Assembly: GCF_018350175.1 (NCBI RefSeq)
Contig: NC_058368.1
Coordinates: forward strand, 184,452,001-184,516,000
Direction of reading: 5' to 3'
DNA from: Felis catus
Lineage: Eukaryota
Length of the DNA stretch: 64,000 nucleotides
Below are positions 25,464 to 38,143 of this stretch, piece by piece. Under the pieces are notes generated by a model that was given only the letters and a program-made list of their open reading frames with translations, had not been told where the DNA came from and did no database searches. The stretch's first letter is position 1, and every line of letters begins with the position of its first letter. Made by a program: the position numbers and the translations under genes.

Positions 25464-25668
25464 CAGTGGTTTTCACCTGGGGGAGATTTTGTCCCCGAGG
25501 GCCATTTGGCAACATCTGGAGATATTTTGAGTTATTGCCATTTCAGGGTACTGGCAAGAGGAGGATAGAGGCCAGAGATGCTTCTAAACATCATACAATG
25601 CACAGCCACCCCCACAGAAATGCCTCATCTGGCCCAAATGCTAACAGTGCCAATGCTGAGAAACCCTG
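25464..25668. mobile_element. MER20 (hAT-Charlie)
   Basis: Termini cagtggttttcacc...gctgagaaaccctg and internal atttggcaacatctggagatatttt. Confidence 0.85.
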
Positions 25669-25777
25669 CTTATTGCAAATAACTAAAAAAACATTTACAG
25701 CATTTTTGTCTAAAAATAAGAAGTGCTGTTTGTTTGACTTGATATTGGCCTCACAGCTTTACTCAAAGTTCCAACAC

Positions 25778-25783
<6 letters not shown>

Positions 25784-25863
<80 letters not shown>
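25784..25863. repeat. Compound (CA)n(GA)n microsatellite
   Basis: Direct inspection. Confidence 0.97.
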
Positions 25864-25867
<4 letters not shown>

Positions 25868-25890
25868 CAACAAAAGCAACCAATTCTTAG

Positions 25891-26207
25891 TGTTAAGGAC
25901 TGAACTGTGTCCCTCCAAATTCATATTTTGAAGCTGTAACCCCCCAATATGACCAGATCAAAAGACAGAACATTTAGAAGGTAATTAAGTTTAAATAAGG
26001 TCATAAGAATGGAGTCTGAATTTGATAGGACTATGAAAGCACAGTCTGTTTCCCCTATGTGAAGGCACAGCAAGAAGGTAAGCCCTGAAAGAGAAAAACC
26101 TTGATATTGGACCTTTCATCCTTCAGTACTGTGAGAAAATACATTTCTGTTGCTTAATCTATACAGTCTGTGGTATTTTGTTATGACAGTCCAAGCCTGC
26201 TAAGATA
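25891..26207 (+). mobile_element. MaLR solo LTR (MLT1A/MST-type)
   Basis: tgttaaggactgaactgtgtccctccaaattcatat...cagtctgtggtattttgttatgacag. Confidence 0.8.
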
Positions 26208-27527
26208 TTTGGATATGAGCTTTCCAAACAGTGATCAACGTAGAGAGAAGAGCTTAAGAAACACTAACCCCTGTGACACATTTCAAAGTCATAGTGACTT
26301 TCAACCCAATGCTTATCAAAACATTCAATTTGATAGATAGTCAAGAAATTGTTTTCCTAACTTTGCCCTAGGATAGAAAATCTACAGTGTATACAATCCT
26401 TGACTTATTCACAGCAGTACTGTCCTGAAACCAGTTATCTCCTTCATGATGAGGTAAACATTCAAACATATGGCTGCATTCAATAAAGTAACAGTCATGC
26501 TAGGTATATTTTCATTTTAGAACAATCAAATTTATAGTGTGGGATTTATTCTCTAATTGAAATTTACAATCATTTCTTCCTGAGACATTTTTTCCTAAAG
26601 ATGTAAAAGCATTTTATGTTTCAGCAATTGCAATTTTATTCCTCATAATTAATAACAAAATCGCTGTGTATTTCTCATTTTGATGCATTACAAGAGATTT
26701 GACACTTGGAAGAGATTGCAAAATGTGTTATGTTGTGTTGCTTAACACCTTACTAGGAAAACTGTCTTGCCTCCAAGTTAGTTCCGTTTGCTACATTACA
26801 ATGAAACTGTAAGTTACTTTGACAGGGAAACAGGAAAAGGAAGCCTATACTTATAAATATAAATAAGAGCCCAGACAAAAGAGAAAATGTAAAATTATTC
26901 CATAGCTGCATGATGATTGAGAATTCTGATCGGCGTAAACATAAAACTCAAACACAAGGCTATTTTCCTTTTCCTCTGATATCTTTATGAACATAATCAA
27001 GACTTTGATACAGTCCTTACTAGCGAATATTATAAACACTGTTAATGTTTGTGAATATACAAAACTCATTTTTGTTTTTAGCACTTACATATCCCAAAAT
27101 GAAGTGCCCTATAATTATGCTCAACTTATATATTGTTAAGAATCTACCATAACCTGTTCTCCTCTGTAAGAATAACAAAATAAACTTATTTCATTGTTAT
27201 GTGTGATTACTTTAGTGTAAAATATTCATAAAATTGATTGTAACATAGGACTCTCTTCTTCAACATGCAGTGTAAAAACATAAAGAAGATAGGGACAGGA
27301 AATTGTTGCTCACAATGGAAATTCATTATTAAACTGAAATAATGGAAAATTAAGCCAGGTATTTTCAGGGCAAGGGAAACAAAACATCCCACTTGCCTGA
27401 TGAACTGTTACAGTATTGAAGTTAATCAATTTTGTTTGGTGAGTGTTCTTGCAGTACATGCAGAATAAACAATTAATCATCTTCACCCTTGAAAAAGAAT
27501 CCTTGGTTTCTGCTTCTCCTTTCTCAA

Positions 27528-27748
27528 CAGAAAAAAGAAAGAAGGAAAGGGGGGGAGGAAGGAGAAAAAAGAAATTGAGAAAGAGAGGGAGGGAAGAAAA
27601 GAGGGAAGGAAAAAGAAAAAGAGGGGGAAAAAGTAAAGAAAAAAGAAAAACTGAGAGAGCTGGGAAGAAGACTTTGGAGACAAGTTGTAAAAAAAAAGAA
27701 GCAAGTAAGTCAGGTTGCTCCCGGGGCAAGAAAAGAAATGAAAGAAAT
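27528..27748. repeat. Purine-rich low-complexity tract
   Basis: GA/A-rich run; explains ORFs 27310-27753, 27443-27787 and 27483-27704. Confidence 0.85.
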
Positions 27749-28673
27749 CGCAAAGTCAGACGGCAGTCACACCCTCCCTTTCAGTAATGACTACTGCATC
27801 CCATGGTCTGTCAAATCTCACAGCCCCTTGGAAACAATAATTGCATTAGCCATAATCAGATGCATGCCTTATGGGGCCAATCTGCCTGGGGACTTGATAA
27901 ACTAGGTCTGGATACTCAGCTTCAGGGAGTTTGGATGGCAAAGTAAGATCTTGCTTGCTTACCTATAGTGCCTTTCGAGTATCTTGCATTCCAGCACACT
28001 GTGTCACTCTTTATAGATAAAGAAATACCTTCAAGCAATCGTCTTTCATCAATCATTTGGGTCTCCATAGAAATTAAGTTCAAGTCGCCAGTGCCTAGTG
28101 TGAATGTTCCTTTATAAACATCCCTGGCCTTCATGCTGCTTATGTGACTACTTACATAATTTATTGCCCCAACATTTGGCTGAGGATTGTAGGAAATCTC
28201 TGCCAATGTCTACATTTTGTTCTTTTATTTGCTGAGCATTTACTTTAAAGAGATAATCTTAATAATTCCATGTTTTCACTTTCTTTAAACTGCTTTTTTT
28301 GTGTAAGCAAACATTTAGTGCCAAAATAAAAAATAATAGGACTATTCCCCCCTCTCAACTCTTTGTACTTTACTCATCTTGTCATAGTCCCCAAGGTAGG
28401 CAAAAAGAAAAAAATTCACATATTCATGTTGCACATTGCTTCTTTTAACCACAGGCTGATTTTTGATCTTCATAGTACAGGACCCCTTAGAGAACAATAT
28501 GTGTCTTTTTATAGGGAATTACATTCCACCTAACATCCCATGTGCACTTCTCGAATAATCTGTTCTCTTTTAAAAGTACTACGGCTCATTGCCAAACCAT
28601 TAAGAATTAGAGGAGAAGCTCCAATACATAAAGTGGAGTAGGTTGAAAATTGAGGTGCTGCTAATGGATATGT

Positions 28674-28997
28674 TGCCTTAGTCCGAACTGCTATAACAAA
28701 TTATGACAGCCTGGTTGGCTCAAACAACAATCATTTACTTCTCACATTCTGGAGGCTGGAATTCCAACATCCAGGTGCCAGCGTGGCTGGGTTCTCATGG
28801 GGGGTGCTCTTCCTGGTTTACAGGAAGTCTTCTTGCTGTGTCCTTATGTCAAAGAAAAAGAGCAAGGTAGCTCTTTGGCCTATGCTTAGAAGAGCACTAA
28901 TTCCATTCATGAGAGTGGAGCCTCCAAAAGGTCCCATCTCCTGATAATGTCACATTGGACCAAGGTTTCAAAAGACAAATTCTGGAGACACACACAC
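28674..28997 (-). mobile_element. MaLR solo LTR (MLT1A-type)
   Basis: tgccttagtcc...ctgctataacaaa...ttctcacattctggaggctgg. Confidence 0.8.
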
Positions 28998-29004
28998 TTT
29001 TTGG

Positions 29005-29066
29005 ATAGATGATAGATAGATAGTTAGATAGACAGATAGATAGATAGATAGATGATAGAGACAGAC
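29005..29066. repeat. (GATA)n microsatellite
   Basis: Direct inspection. Confidence 0.9.
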
Positions 29067-29604
29067 ACCTTGATTCCAAGGGCAGTGAGGAATAAAGGCA
29101 AAATTATGAAATATCATTAATATGTTTAATATAAAATTTGTAGTCAGGGCCTTTGTGGGGGCTCTACCACTCCTGCCTTAAAGGAAATGTTCTGGTGTTT
29201 ATTACTATTTTAATTGTATCCTAACAAAATACTTGAAAAAAAAGTAATTAATATCACAAATGAATATACTTCTAGTGGTAGAATTCCCAGTATGTATAAG
29301 ATGATAGGAGAGAAGATAAAGTTTTTGTAATTCCATAAACTCTCAACTAAAAGTACATGATTTCAATATGCACTTGCCCCATCAATAAACACAATGCAGA
29401 ATAAAGTTATTAACATGTACTTTTACATTTTATATACTCTTTATATAATTACAGACTTGCACACTGTTGAGATAGGTTAAAAAATTGCTGTTATGTGGCT
29501 ACTGATATAACAACACATGTGTGTAACCACTAATGTGAGTTAATAGAAGAAACTGTCTTCTTAATATTGATTTTTCTGCTAAGATGTAAAAAATAATAAA
29601 GTAC

Positions 29605-29734
29605 CTTAGAAATATAATATTCCATAAGTGCCAAATTGTTGGACTTCTCCAGACATCTGCCACCATGGCACCTTTTATAAAGATAGAAACAAAAATAACA
29701 GCAATGGCAAAAGCAAGCTTCCTAAAAACCATCC
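29605..29734 (-). pseudogene. Exon candidate with fully open frame (130 nt, phase 1-2)
   Basis: Strong acceptor tcttgctcttttgcag|, donor AAG|gtactt; (G)MVFRKLAFAIAVIFVSIFIKGAMVADVWRSPTIWHLWNIIFL(R). Confidence 0.5.
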
Positions 29735-30026
29735 CTGCAAAAGAGCAAGACCTTATCATTCTCCTCCCAGGGAAAGAAAACATGACCACTGTGGCACGTT
29801 TCATCAAGACTCCAGGTAAGTGGTAAAACCAGTTCTAAATCCACAACTCCACTTCAGAACTTCTCATTTAGTATCCTCCTGAACAAACATGGCATATCAT
29901 ATGGTATCTTTCCACTTCCCCTGCTTAGTCCCTTTGAAGAGTTGCACTTGACATTCAGTGACAAATCACCTCCCTTAAGGCTCTTAACTCACCTATCACC
30001 TACTGCAGACTTGAAATTTAAGTCCC

Positions 30027-30485
30027 TAGTAGTGCTATTGCTAGGTCATAGGGTAGCTCTATTTTTAGTTTTTTGGGGAACCTCCACACTGTTTTCAAGA
30101 GTGACTGCACCAGTATGTGGTTCTTGAGAAAATGAACAGAAGTCCATGGAGGAAGGTAAGGGGGAAAAAATAGTTACAAACAGAGAGGGAGGGGGCAAAC
30201 CACAAGAGACTCTTAAATACAGAGAACAAACTGAGGGTTGATGGGAGGGTGGGTGAGAGGGGAAAATGGATGAAGGGCACTGAGGAGGGCACTTGTTGGG
30301 ATGAGCATTGGGTGTTGCATGTAAGCCAGTTTGACAATAAATTATATTAATAAAAAATATATTAACAATTATATTTTAATTACCAAGAAAATAAAGCAAA
30401 AGAAAAAAAGAAAAGGAAAGAAGAAAGAAAAGAAAAGAAGAAAAGAAAAGAAAAAAGAAAAGAAAAGATAAAAGAAAAAAGAAAA
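30027..30485 (+). mobile_element. Short 5'-inverted (twin-primed) carnivore L1 with (GAAAA)n tail
   Basis: Antisense L1 piece 30027 to ~30113 joined to sense 3'UTR; TSD gaaa(t/c)ttaagtccc at 30013-30026 and 30486-30499. Confidence 0.88.
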
Positions 30486-30949
30486 GAAACTTAAGTCCCG
30501 TGCAAGAATGTCACTCTCTACCAAGCCCAAAATGTGCTATCCAGGAATTCTCACCTCTGCCTCCAAACCTGAGCCCCCCTGCAACTGGCTATCTTGAGAG
30601 AGGTCTTTAAAATAAGCATACAATAGCTGTGTTTTCCACCCCAGACCCCAGCCCCATCTCACAGAAGAGTTCAGTATAGCATAGTCTTTAAACTATATTC
30701 ACAAGGGTTTTCTCATAGAGGGAAAATATATATTAAAATATAAATTTACTATATGTTATTGTCCCTTACAGGAAATGAATTCAAATTAATTGAAACTACA
30801 GAAGTCTAACATTCTTTCTAGACAATCGAGGTAAAATTAAAACTCAAGGTGAATACATAGTTCTAGAAAAGAGAGTCATATCAGACACATATTTTGCACA
30901 TGTAAAGTGGTGGAAGGAAAGGAAATGCTATAATGTAAACTTTTTCTCT

Positions 30950-31160
30950 GGGGCACCTGGATGGCTCAGTTGGTTGAAAGTCTGACTTTGGCTCAGGTCA
31001 TGATCTGGTGGCTTGTGAGTTCGAGCTCAGCATCCAGCTCACTGCTGTCAGCGTGGAGCCTGCTTTGGATCTTCTGTCCCCACTTTCTCTTCCCTTTCCC
31101 TGCTTGTGTTCTTGTTCTCTCTCAAAATTAAAAAAAAAATCTTTAAAAAAATAAAATAAA
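30950..31160 (+). mobile_element. Older CAN-SINE
   Basis: ggggcacctggatggctcagttggttg... Confidence 0.92.
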
Positions 31161-33459
31161 ATAAACTTCTTCCTCTAATTGCAATTTGAAATGTATAAGC
31201 AGTTAGTGGTGTGAATATAATATTTCTAGGGGTTTTGTTTTTGTTATTTTTATTAATGTTCCCCATATTCTTCATAGCATGTGGCTCAGTTAACTTTGTG
31301 CCTAAACAACTTCACATGAAAATATCCAATTAATCCAATTATTCCATTGGTAATGTAACACAGGTTGTATAATTTTGTAAGTACAGAAAAATGAACCAAC
31401 TAAATAATTTAGGTCATAATAGGCATTTACAAAAAAAAAAAAAAATCCAGTGAGGGCCTTTGAAACATAACAGGAGTTTCTGATAGGACTTCTGTCGGCC
31501 CCACCTTCTAAATAGGCAAGACTAGGAAAACATTTGTATGATAGAGAGTTCCCAGTTTCTTCATTCGTCTTGCATTTACCACCTTGCTTGATCATCTGTT
31601 ACAACTTTCCCAAACCAATCTCTTTCTTATTTGTATGTGGCAGGGAGGCATTCCCTAAGGATATATACAAAATTGAGGTATTTTATGGGTGCAGTCAGCA
31701 TGTAACAGATGACTTATGGCAACCAGCTGAAATGTAGCAATTTTGCATTTTCTAAGTCCATTTACTATACCCCTGCTATACTCTTGAGACATAACCAAGA
31801 CCCTAAATGTTTCATCATGTCTGGAAGACACTAAGAGATGAACTTTTTATAAAGTAATAAGTTTCCTTGGGCATATCTGTTGCTTCCAGGTAACCGTAAC
31901 TATGATGGTTATCAATATAGTGGTTGGTGGAAATGTCTTGAATGTCTCAGTTGCAATTAAAATAAATAAAAGGATGCTAGGAGTTGCACATAATCCACCT
32001 TAGCCTTTAGGGTAAACTGCTGTCAAGATTTGTCTGGCATGCTTTCTGTCATATACACCTCAGTCTTTGGCAAGATAATTATATATAATAAAGACAGTTT
32101 TTAAAAAGAAATTGTTGTTAGCAAAATATAAAAACTTCACATGTATCTAATAGCAGGTAGCTGTAGCTACATTAAAATAATGAAATGTTATTTCAATAGT
32201 GTCCTAGCTATTTGTTGTACTTCTGATAACTTCTCTATTTGATTATTAAATTAATCTTCCTAATGCTTAGGATTTATCACCTCCTACTCAGAATCTAATG
32301 CTTCCTCACTAGACCCTGGATAAAGTCCAATCTTCTTGCTTAGAACACAAGATTTGACAAGTCAAGCCTACTTACCGCTCTAAATTTATCCTCCATTGCT
32401 ACACTGGATAAGCTCTCTAAGTCAAATTCTGTACTTATTGTTGCAAGAACAAGATGTCACCGTCGTTTGGGAACTCTGCTTATGCCATTCTTCCTGTCTG
32501 TTCACTCCTCTCTTCTGCATTTAGAAGCATCACCCTTTCTTCAAGACTTCCACAGATAGTGTCAGAGTTTGGTGATGGTAATGATATCAGCCTCTCAATA
32601 CATAGTTATTTTTCTTATTATCTACCAGATACTGTTCTTAGAATATCCTCATTATAGCAGAATCCTCATCCTCATTATTAAAACATCAAATTTTAAAAAT
32701 AATTTTTAATTTTCATAAATTTCATTATTTTAATCCACATATCAAGCACCTACACTATGGGAATACAATACTGACAGAGGCTGATGTGGACCTTGCCCTC
32801 ATGGAGGACATTGTGGCGCATGAAGAGGGCCAACAACTATAAAGCAGGCATCATTATTATTCAATGTCACAAGTGAACAAACTCAGGCTTAGAACAGATA
32901 AGTAACTTAGCTAATTCCACATACTAAGCAGAGTTGGATTTCATTGTCTATTTCTTCCACTTGTTCCTCATTTCTTTGCCTAACTCCTTTATCTAAAATG
33001 TTATCATGCTGTATACATACACCATTTATTCAGCACTTACTATATGTTATTTTGCATTGACATTTAAATTTCCATATGTACATCCCTTTTTCCTAAATAA
33101 AGTGTTAAATCTCTTGACAGTAATGACTCCATCATATATGTTTGATATCCTTGAGGCCCAGGGCATGTCTGATCTGAAAAGCAGATACTCAATATGCTTG
33201 ATGATAATATGAACAGATTTTCATTTGTAGTTAATCTCAACAGATATTACAATGTTTACAATAGTGATATTTAACATGTAGCAAGCATAAAGAATGCCCC
33301 CCTAGATACACTGCCAGTTTCAGTCATGTTATTTTAAAGCCTATCAAATATGTTTTAAGACATATCAAATTATTAAAAGATGAAAAATAACAATGAAACA
33401 GGACTATTCTCCAACCCACAGACTTTATAGTGATTTTACCAATTATCTTTGTAATAATA

Positions 33460-34300
33460 TTTACAGCAAAAGAATATCCAGGACTACACATTGCATTGTC
33501 ATGTGACTTCAGTCTCCTTTAATCTGAGAGGTTATTGAGCCTTTATATTTCAAGCCCTTGATATTTTTAAAGAGTCCAATTATTGCAGAATGTCCCTCAA
33601 TTTGGATTTGTGTGATGTTTTCTCATTCATATTATGGACTGCTGGCAGGAGCATCTCAGAGGTGACAAGGTGATGTAAAGTTCTTAGAACATCAGATCAG
33701 GAGGTATATGCTCCTGACTGGTCCCATAACAGGGATGAGTTGGTTAAAGTGGTATCTGAGGTAATTCTCTACTGCAAAGTTAGTTATTTTATCCTTTGTA
33801 ATTGATAAGTCTCTTATGAGGAGATAAATGTATGTAATACATGTTAATACATTTATCTACATAAATATTGTATTACTCCTTTAACTTTCACCCATTGGTT
33901 TTTATATCTGTTAAGAATTCTTGTCTGAGCCAATTGTTATTATTACAATGTCCAAATGATAACTTGCTAATTGTGAGGAGATTCTTCTTTCATTTATTTA
34001 TTTCTTTATTATCCTAAGTTTGGATTCATGGATTCATGTTATTCAACAGGTTAAAATCCTTTACTGTCATCTTCATTCTTTACGTTGATGCTCAAATTGT
34101 CCAAGATTTGGCTAGTAAGTGTCTCTTCAAACTTATACACATCTCTTTTGAAAATATCAATCACCGAGTACACCCTCACTTTCTGCTACATGATATTCCA
34201 GGTTCATCTTGTACTCTTTGTATCTGGAATCAGATATTTCTTTCTCTAAGGAGCCCTGGTTTGTTCCTTTTAGTGGAAAATGGTATTTAGAAACCAAGAC
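33460..34300 (-). mobile_element. Old L1MC-type fragment
   Basis: attgcagaatgtccctcaatttggatttg; gatgctcaaattgtccaagatttggc; ggtatttagaaaccaaga. Confidence 0.7.
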
Positions 34301-34359
34301 AAGGCCTGTTTTCTTTTGAAATATCTACAGTTGAGCTTAACAAGAGATGCCATATTGGA

Positions 34360-35956
34360 AAATCAAATGGTCCTTCTAAATCTTCATCACATATACCCCA
34401 GAAGGAGCGTGTGACTGGATGATTCACTCATTTGAAATATGCTTCTTACTTGGCTTCCTAGACAACATTTTCTGAGTCTCTTTTGAGTTCACTGTGTTCC
34501 TTCTAGGTCTTGTTTGAAGGGTCTTCTTCATTTTACTGACCTTTGTTTCCTGGATTACCCTAAGAAAATTCTTTAGAGAATCTCACAGGGAAAGCATTAC
34601 AGCATAATTGTGGAAGTCATTTTACCTGAATTTACATTACAACTGCACCACTTACTAAGTATAAGTGGATTATAGGGGAGAGACATAACCTCCTATGCCT
34701 CAACATCCTCATCTATAAAATGGAAATATTAATAATGCCTACCTTATAAGGTTGTTATGAGAATTAAAATTGTTCCTGGTCCACAGTAAACTCTATCATC
34801 ATCAAGTCTCACATTTTAAATACCATCTTTGTACTTCTCTAGCATCAACCACCCTCATATTCAGAAATATTTTCATCAGCTGGTTATATTATAGTGACTG
34901 GCTATCTACCAAAATTTTTCATAAGTCACATATGCAGAACCAAACACTTAACTTTATTCACGATAGCTCACACATATTGCTCCCATAGTCTTCCCCATTT
35001 CAGAAAATAAGAGCCAGAGGGATTCATTTAAAAACATAAATCCATCATATTAACTCTCTAGTCAAAATACCCCTAAGGCCTACCTTATTATTAAAAATTA
35101 AAACTAAGCCCCTTACCACGATCTATGGGATCCATGTGGCTTTGCCTCATCTACCTCCACACAATCTCACATCACCACTTTGCCCCCTGACTCACTCAGG
35201 GCCTACACACTGTTTTCTCCCTGACTTCAGCTATCTTCCTGTCCAGATCCAAAAGTCACATTTGCTCACAGTCTCTGATAGTCAAGGTTCCCCAGAAAAA
35301 CAGAACTAATAGGATGTATACATAATATGTACAAAATGCTGATTCAAAGACCCCGCAAGGGCCAATATTTCATTTGAGTCTGAAAGCAGGAAAAAAAAAA
35401 AAAAAAACATGTCTCAGATTAAAGGCAGTCAGGCATAAGGAGTTCCCCCTTACTTATAGGAAGGTCACCTTTTTGTCCTATTCAGGCCTTCAGTTGAATG
35501 AATGAGACCCACCAACATTAGGGAAGGCAATTTGTTTTATTCAAGCTACTAATTCAAATGTTAATCTCATCCAAAAACACTCTCACAGAAACACCCAAAA
35601 TAATGTTTGCCCAAATATGTAGGCATCCCATGACCCAATCAAGCTGACACAGAAAATTAATCATCACTCCATCTTTCAAAGCTTTGCTGAAATATTATAT
35701 CTGATAGGACATCTCTAACAATTTATATAAAGTCACAACCATATTCTCTATACCCTTTACTCTTCTTTTTCTTTCTAGCTCTTATCACCAACTGATTTAC
35801 TGTATGTGTGTTCTCTGTTCATTGTCTCTTCCTTTCTAACCCTTACATTTGATTACAAGCTCCATGAAAGCATGGACTGTTTTATTCACTGCTTTATTCC
35901 TAATGCTTAGAACAAAGAGGTGATCATTAAACATTTGCTCTTTGAATGGATGAATA
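34360..35956 (+). mobile_element. Fragmented L2 with nested MIR (~34590-34800) and MLT2 LTR (~35276-35666)
   Basis: L2 3' end (aagctccatgaaagcatggact...tgaatggatgaat); MIR core cctcatctataaaatgg; MLT2 end aagctgacacagaaaattaatcatca. Confidence 0.7.
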
Positions 35957-35966
35957 CCTTCCTTAC

Positions 35967-36056
35967 CTGCCATATTATTTAAAAGGTAAACTAGGTCATT
36001 CTTTTATCACAAATAGGAGTAATAACCATAGAATTTAGCCATCCATGTGTGATAAC
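35967..36056 (-). pseudogene. Fossil exon candidate (90 nt, phase 1-1)
   Basis: Acceptor gctgtctctag|, strong donor CAG|gtaagg; (G)YHTWMAKFYGYYSYL**KNDLVYLLNNMA; phases fit both neighbours. Confidence 0.5.
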
Positions 36057-36273
36057 CTAGAGACAGCCTTCCATAAGGCAGCCATTGGTGACATGTAGAA
36101 TTTGCTTTTTGTTTTAGAATATACATGTTATGTGGATTATCATCATCACTCAAAAAATAGATGTTTACTTCTCAGTATTCACCAAAGCAGTAGTAGCAAA
36201 ACCTTCTGATGAGATTTTAAGAGATTAACAAATTCAGCATAATTGTCAGAATTATGGAAGTATTGATTTTTAC

Positions 36274-36980
36274 CTAAAGGTTTTGCTCATTTAAAAAAAT
36301 TAAATTTCTTAACTGCTCAAATAACAGTTTACACCAAATAGTTATCAATTGAAAAATTGTGATGACTAAATTTGAGTTACAATAAACTAGCACAGTGATC
36401 AGTTAACAAAGAGTATATATAATGTGCCTTCAACTCTGATTTCTTGTTGTTTATCCTGACAACCATCTCCATTCTGCTGCCTAGACTCATTTCATAGATA
36501 AAAGAAAAACATTTTTCTTTTCCATTTTCCTTCTCCCAGTTGCCCTCTTTCTCTTATTTGATCTCATTTCTATTTTTGACTTCTGTTAGGAGATGGAATT
36601 TTCTGCATTCAATCTATAATACCCTGTATCTTCGTCAATTTTGCTTCAATGATACACAAATCTAGAAACTGATAACTGCAGCCTGTCAGAAGGTATTTCT
36701 ATAATAAGGCAAAAATGTCTATGATTCATTTTTATTGGAGTTTCCTAATGAATTTTTTAAGCATATATTTTTTTCATTCTTAGCATCAAAGTCTATTATT
36801 TTCATAAGCAGTTTTGGGAATGGTATATCCACATGTGAAACTTTGATAACATCCTTTATTATGTTCTTAACAAATGTAGAATTTGATTATTTCAAATCTG
36901 TTCAATTAATACTCTACTGCTTTTTCACGCTGGTCAGTCAGTCTTTTAAGCTCTTTGCAGAAATAACAGGAGCTTAAACC
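36274..36980 (-). pseudogene. Large fossil exon (or two exons); acceptor not defined
   Basis: Open stretches SNSTFVKNIIKDVIKVSHVDIPFPKLLMKIIDFDAKNEKNICLKNSLGNSNKNES and EKEGNWEKENGKEKCFSFIYEMSLGSRMEMVVRINNKKSELKAHYIYSLLTDHCASLL; donor TTAG|gtaaaa in phase 1. Confidence 0.4.
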
Positions 36981-37330
36981 ACATAATACTTGGTGTTTGA
37001 GGAGGGGATATGCTTTGAAAGGCTCAATTCTCTAAGCAAAGTAGTTCTGTGAAAACTGTTTTCATTTTCATGATGATAATCCATCAATTTCTACAGTCCT
37101 TAAAATAATATAAAGTAGTTAAGCCATGGGGTTTCAAGTCTTACCTACCACTGGAAGTAAGCTTAAGTCCTGTTTGGAAGGATGTAAAAACATTTTTATA
37201 CAAAGAAAAATTAATAACTTCAAGCATTTGGATAAGGGCAAAATAATCCATATACTCTAATGTTTTGGTTTATTTGGGAAGCCTTCAAAAAGTGTCACAA
37301 GGGGAACAAAAACAAATATCTCAAAGATAC

Positions 37331-37494
37331 CTTGAAAAGAAAATTCTAGAACTTAAATCTTTTCCCTCCAGTGACATGTGTATTCAATTATTGTAAAGAC
37401 AGCTTCAAAGAATCAGAATCAAAATAGAGTGTCCCAGCACAATGATGCCAGCGAAAACTTCTTGGTTTGGTATCTGTAGAAATGATTCAAGAAG
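37331..37494 (-). pseudogene. Fossil exon candidate (164 nt)
   Basis: Acceptor gtctctttttcctag|, donor AAG|gtatct; frame ambiguous (e.g. LLESFLQIPNQEVFAGIIVLGHSILILIL*SCLYNN*IHMSLEGKDLSSRIFFS). Confidence 0.35.
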
Positions 37495-37587
37495 CTAGGA
37501 AAAAGAGACTGTGATTCTCTTATCCTTTCTTAGAAACTTCAACAAAGTGTGTTTTAAGGCAGCAATAATCATAAGCTTGTAGAGTTG

Positions 37588-37788
37588 TCAAAGATCAGCA
37601 AACTATAGTCCTGGATCAAATCCAGCTAAAGGCATGCTATGGAATGGTCATTACGTATTTAAAGAGTTGTTTAAAAAGAATAAAAAAGTAGGTAAAAGAA
37701 GAGGATTATGCAAAAGATACTGTATGTAGCCAGCAAACTCTAAAATGTTTATTACCAGGTGCTGTACAGAAAAAGTTTGCTGATCCCT
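37588..37788. mobile_element. MER58-like hAT element
   Basis: tcagcaaactatagtcc...aaaagtttgctgatccctg termini. Confidence 0.7.
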
Positions 37789-37933
37789 GTTCTGAAGCAT
37801 GACCTGAAAATTAAACTTAGTATTTCTCTTTTCTATACCAAGAAACCAACAAACTAGGACACAGAGACCTAGAACCAAGAGAGAGTGAAAATGCCATATC
37901 TACCACAGAAACTGTCCATGAATGCTGATTAAG

Positions 37934-38143
37934 TTGTGGTGATATGCTAGAGCTGGCTCACACTGTCTTCCGAGAACCAATTATTAGTTTTCAGGAAAGT
38001 TGAGAGTTAGTTGGTAAACTATCGATAGTTTTGAAATCAGCCATTTGGGAGAGTATTTACACCAAAGAAATTAGCAAGAACTACAAATAGGGCTTTTGGG
38101 TTTTCTGTGTATTTATTTCAGTCTCTCTCCCAGCATACCAGTG
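37934..38143. mobile_element. MER63-like hAT-Blackjack element
   Basis: tgctagagctggctc...gagtatttacacca...ccagcataccagtg. Confidence 0.7.

Noticed and set aside
25466..25903. 145-aa ORF
   Set aside because: MER20 plus (CA)n(GA)n microsatellite read-through.
27089..27108. 20-nt minus-strand microexon (attatag|...|gtaagt)
   Set aside because: Weak acceptor, and it would break the phase chain; likely chance.
27310..27787. 147-aa hydrophobic and 114-aa Lys/Arg-rich ORFs
   Set aside because: Products of a purine-rich low-complexity tract.
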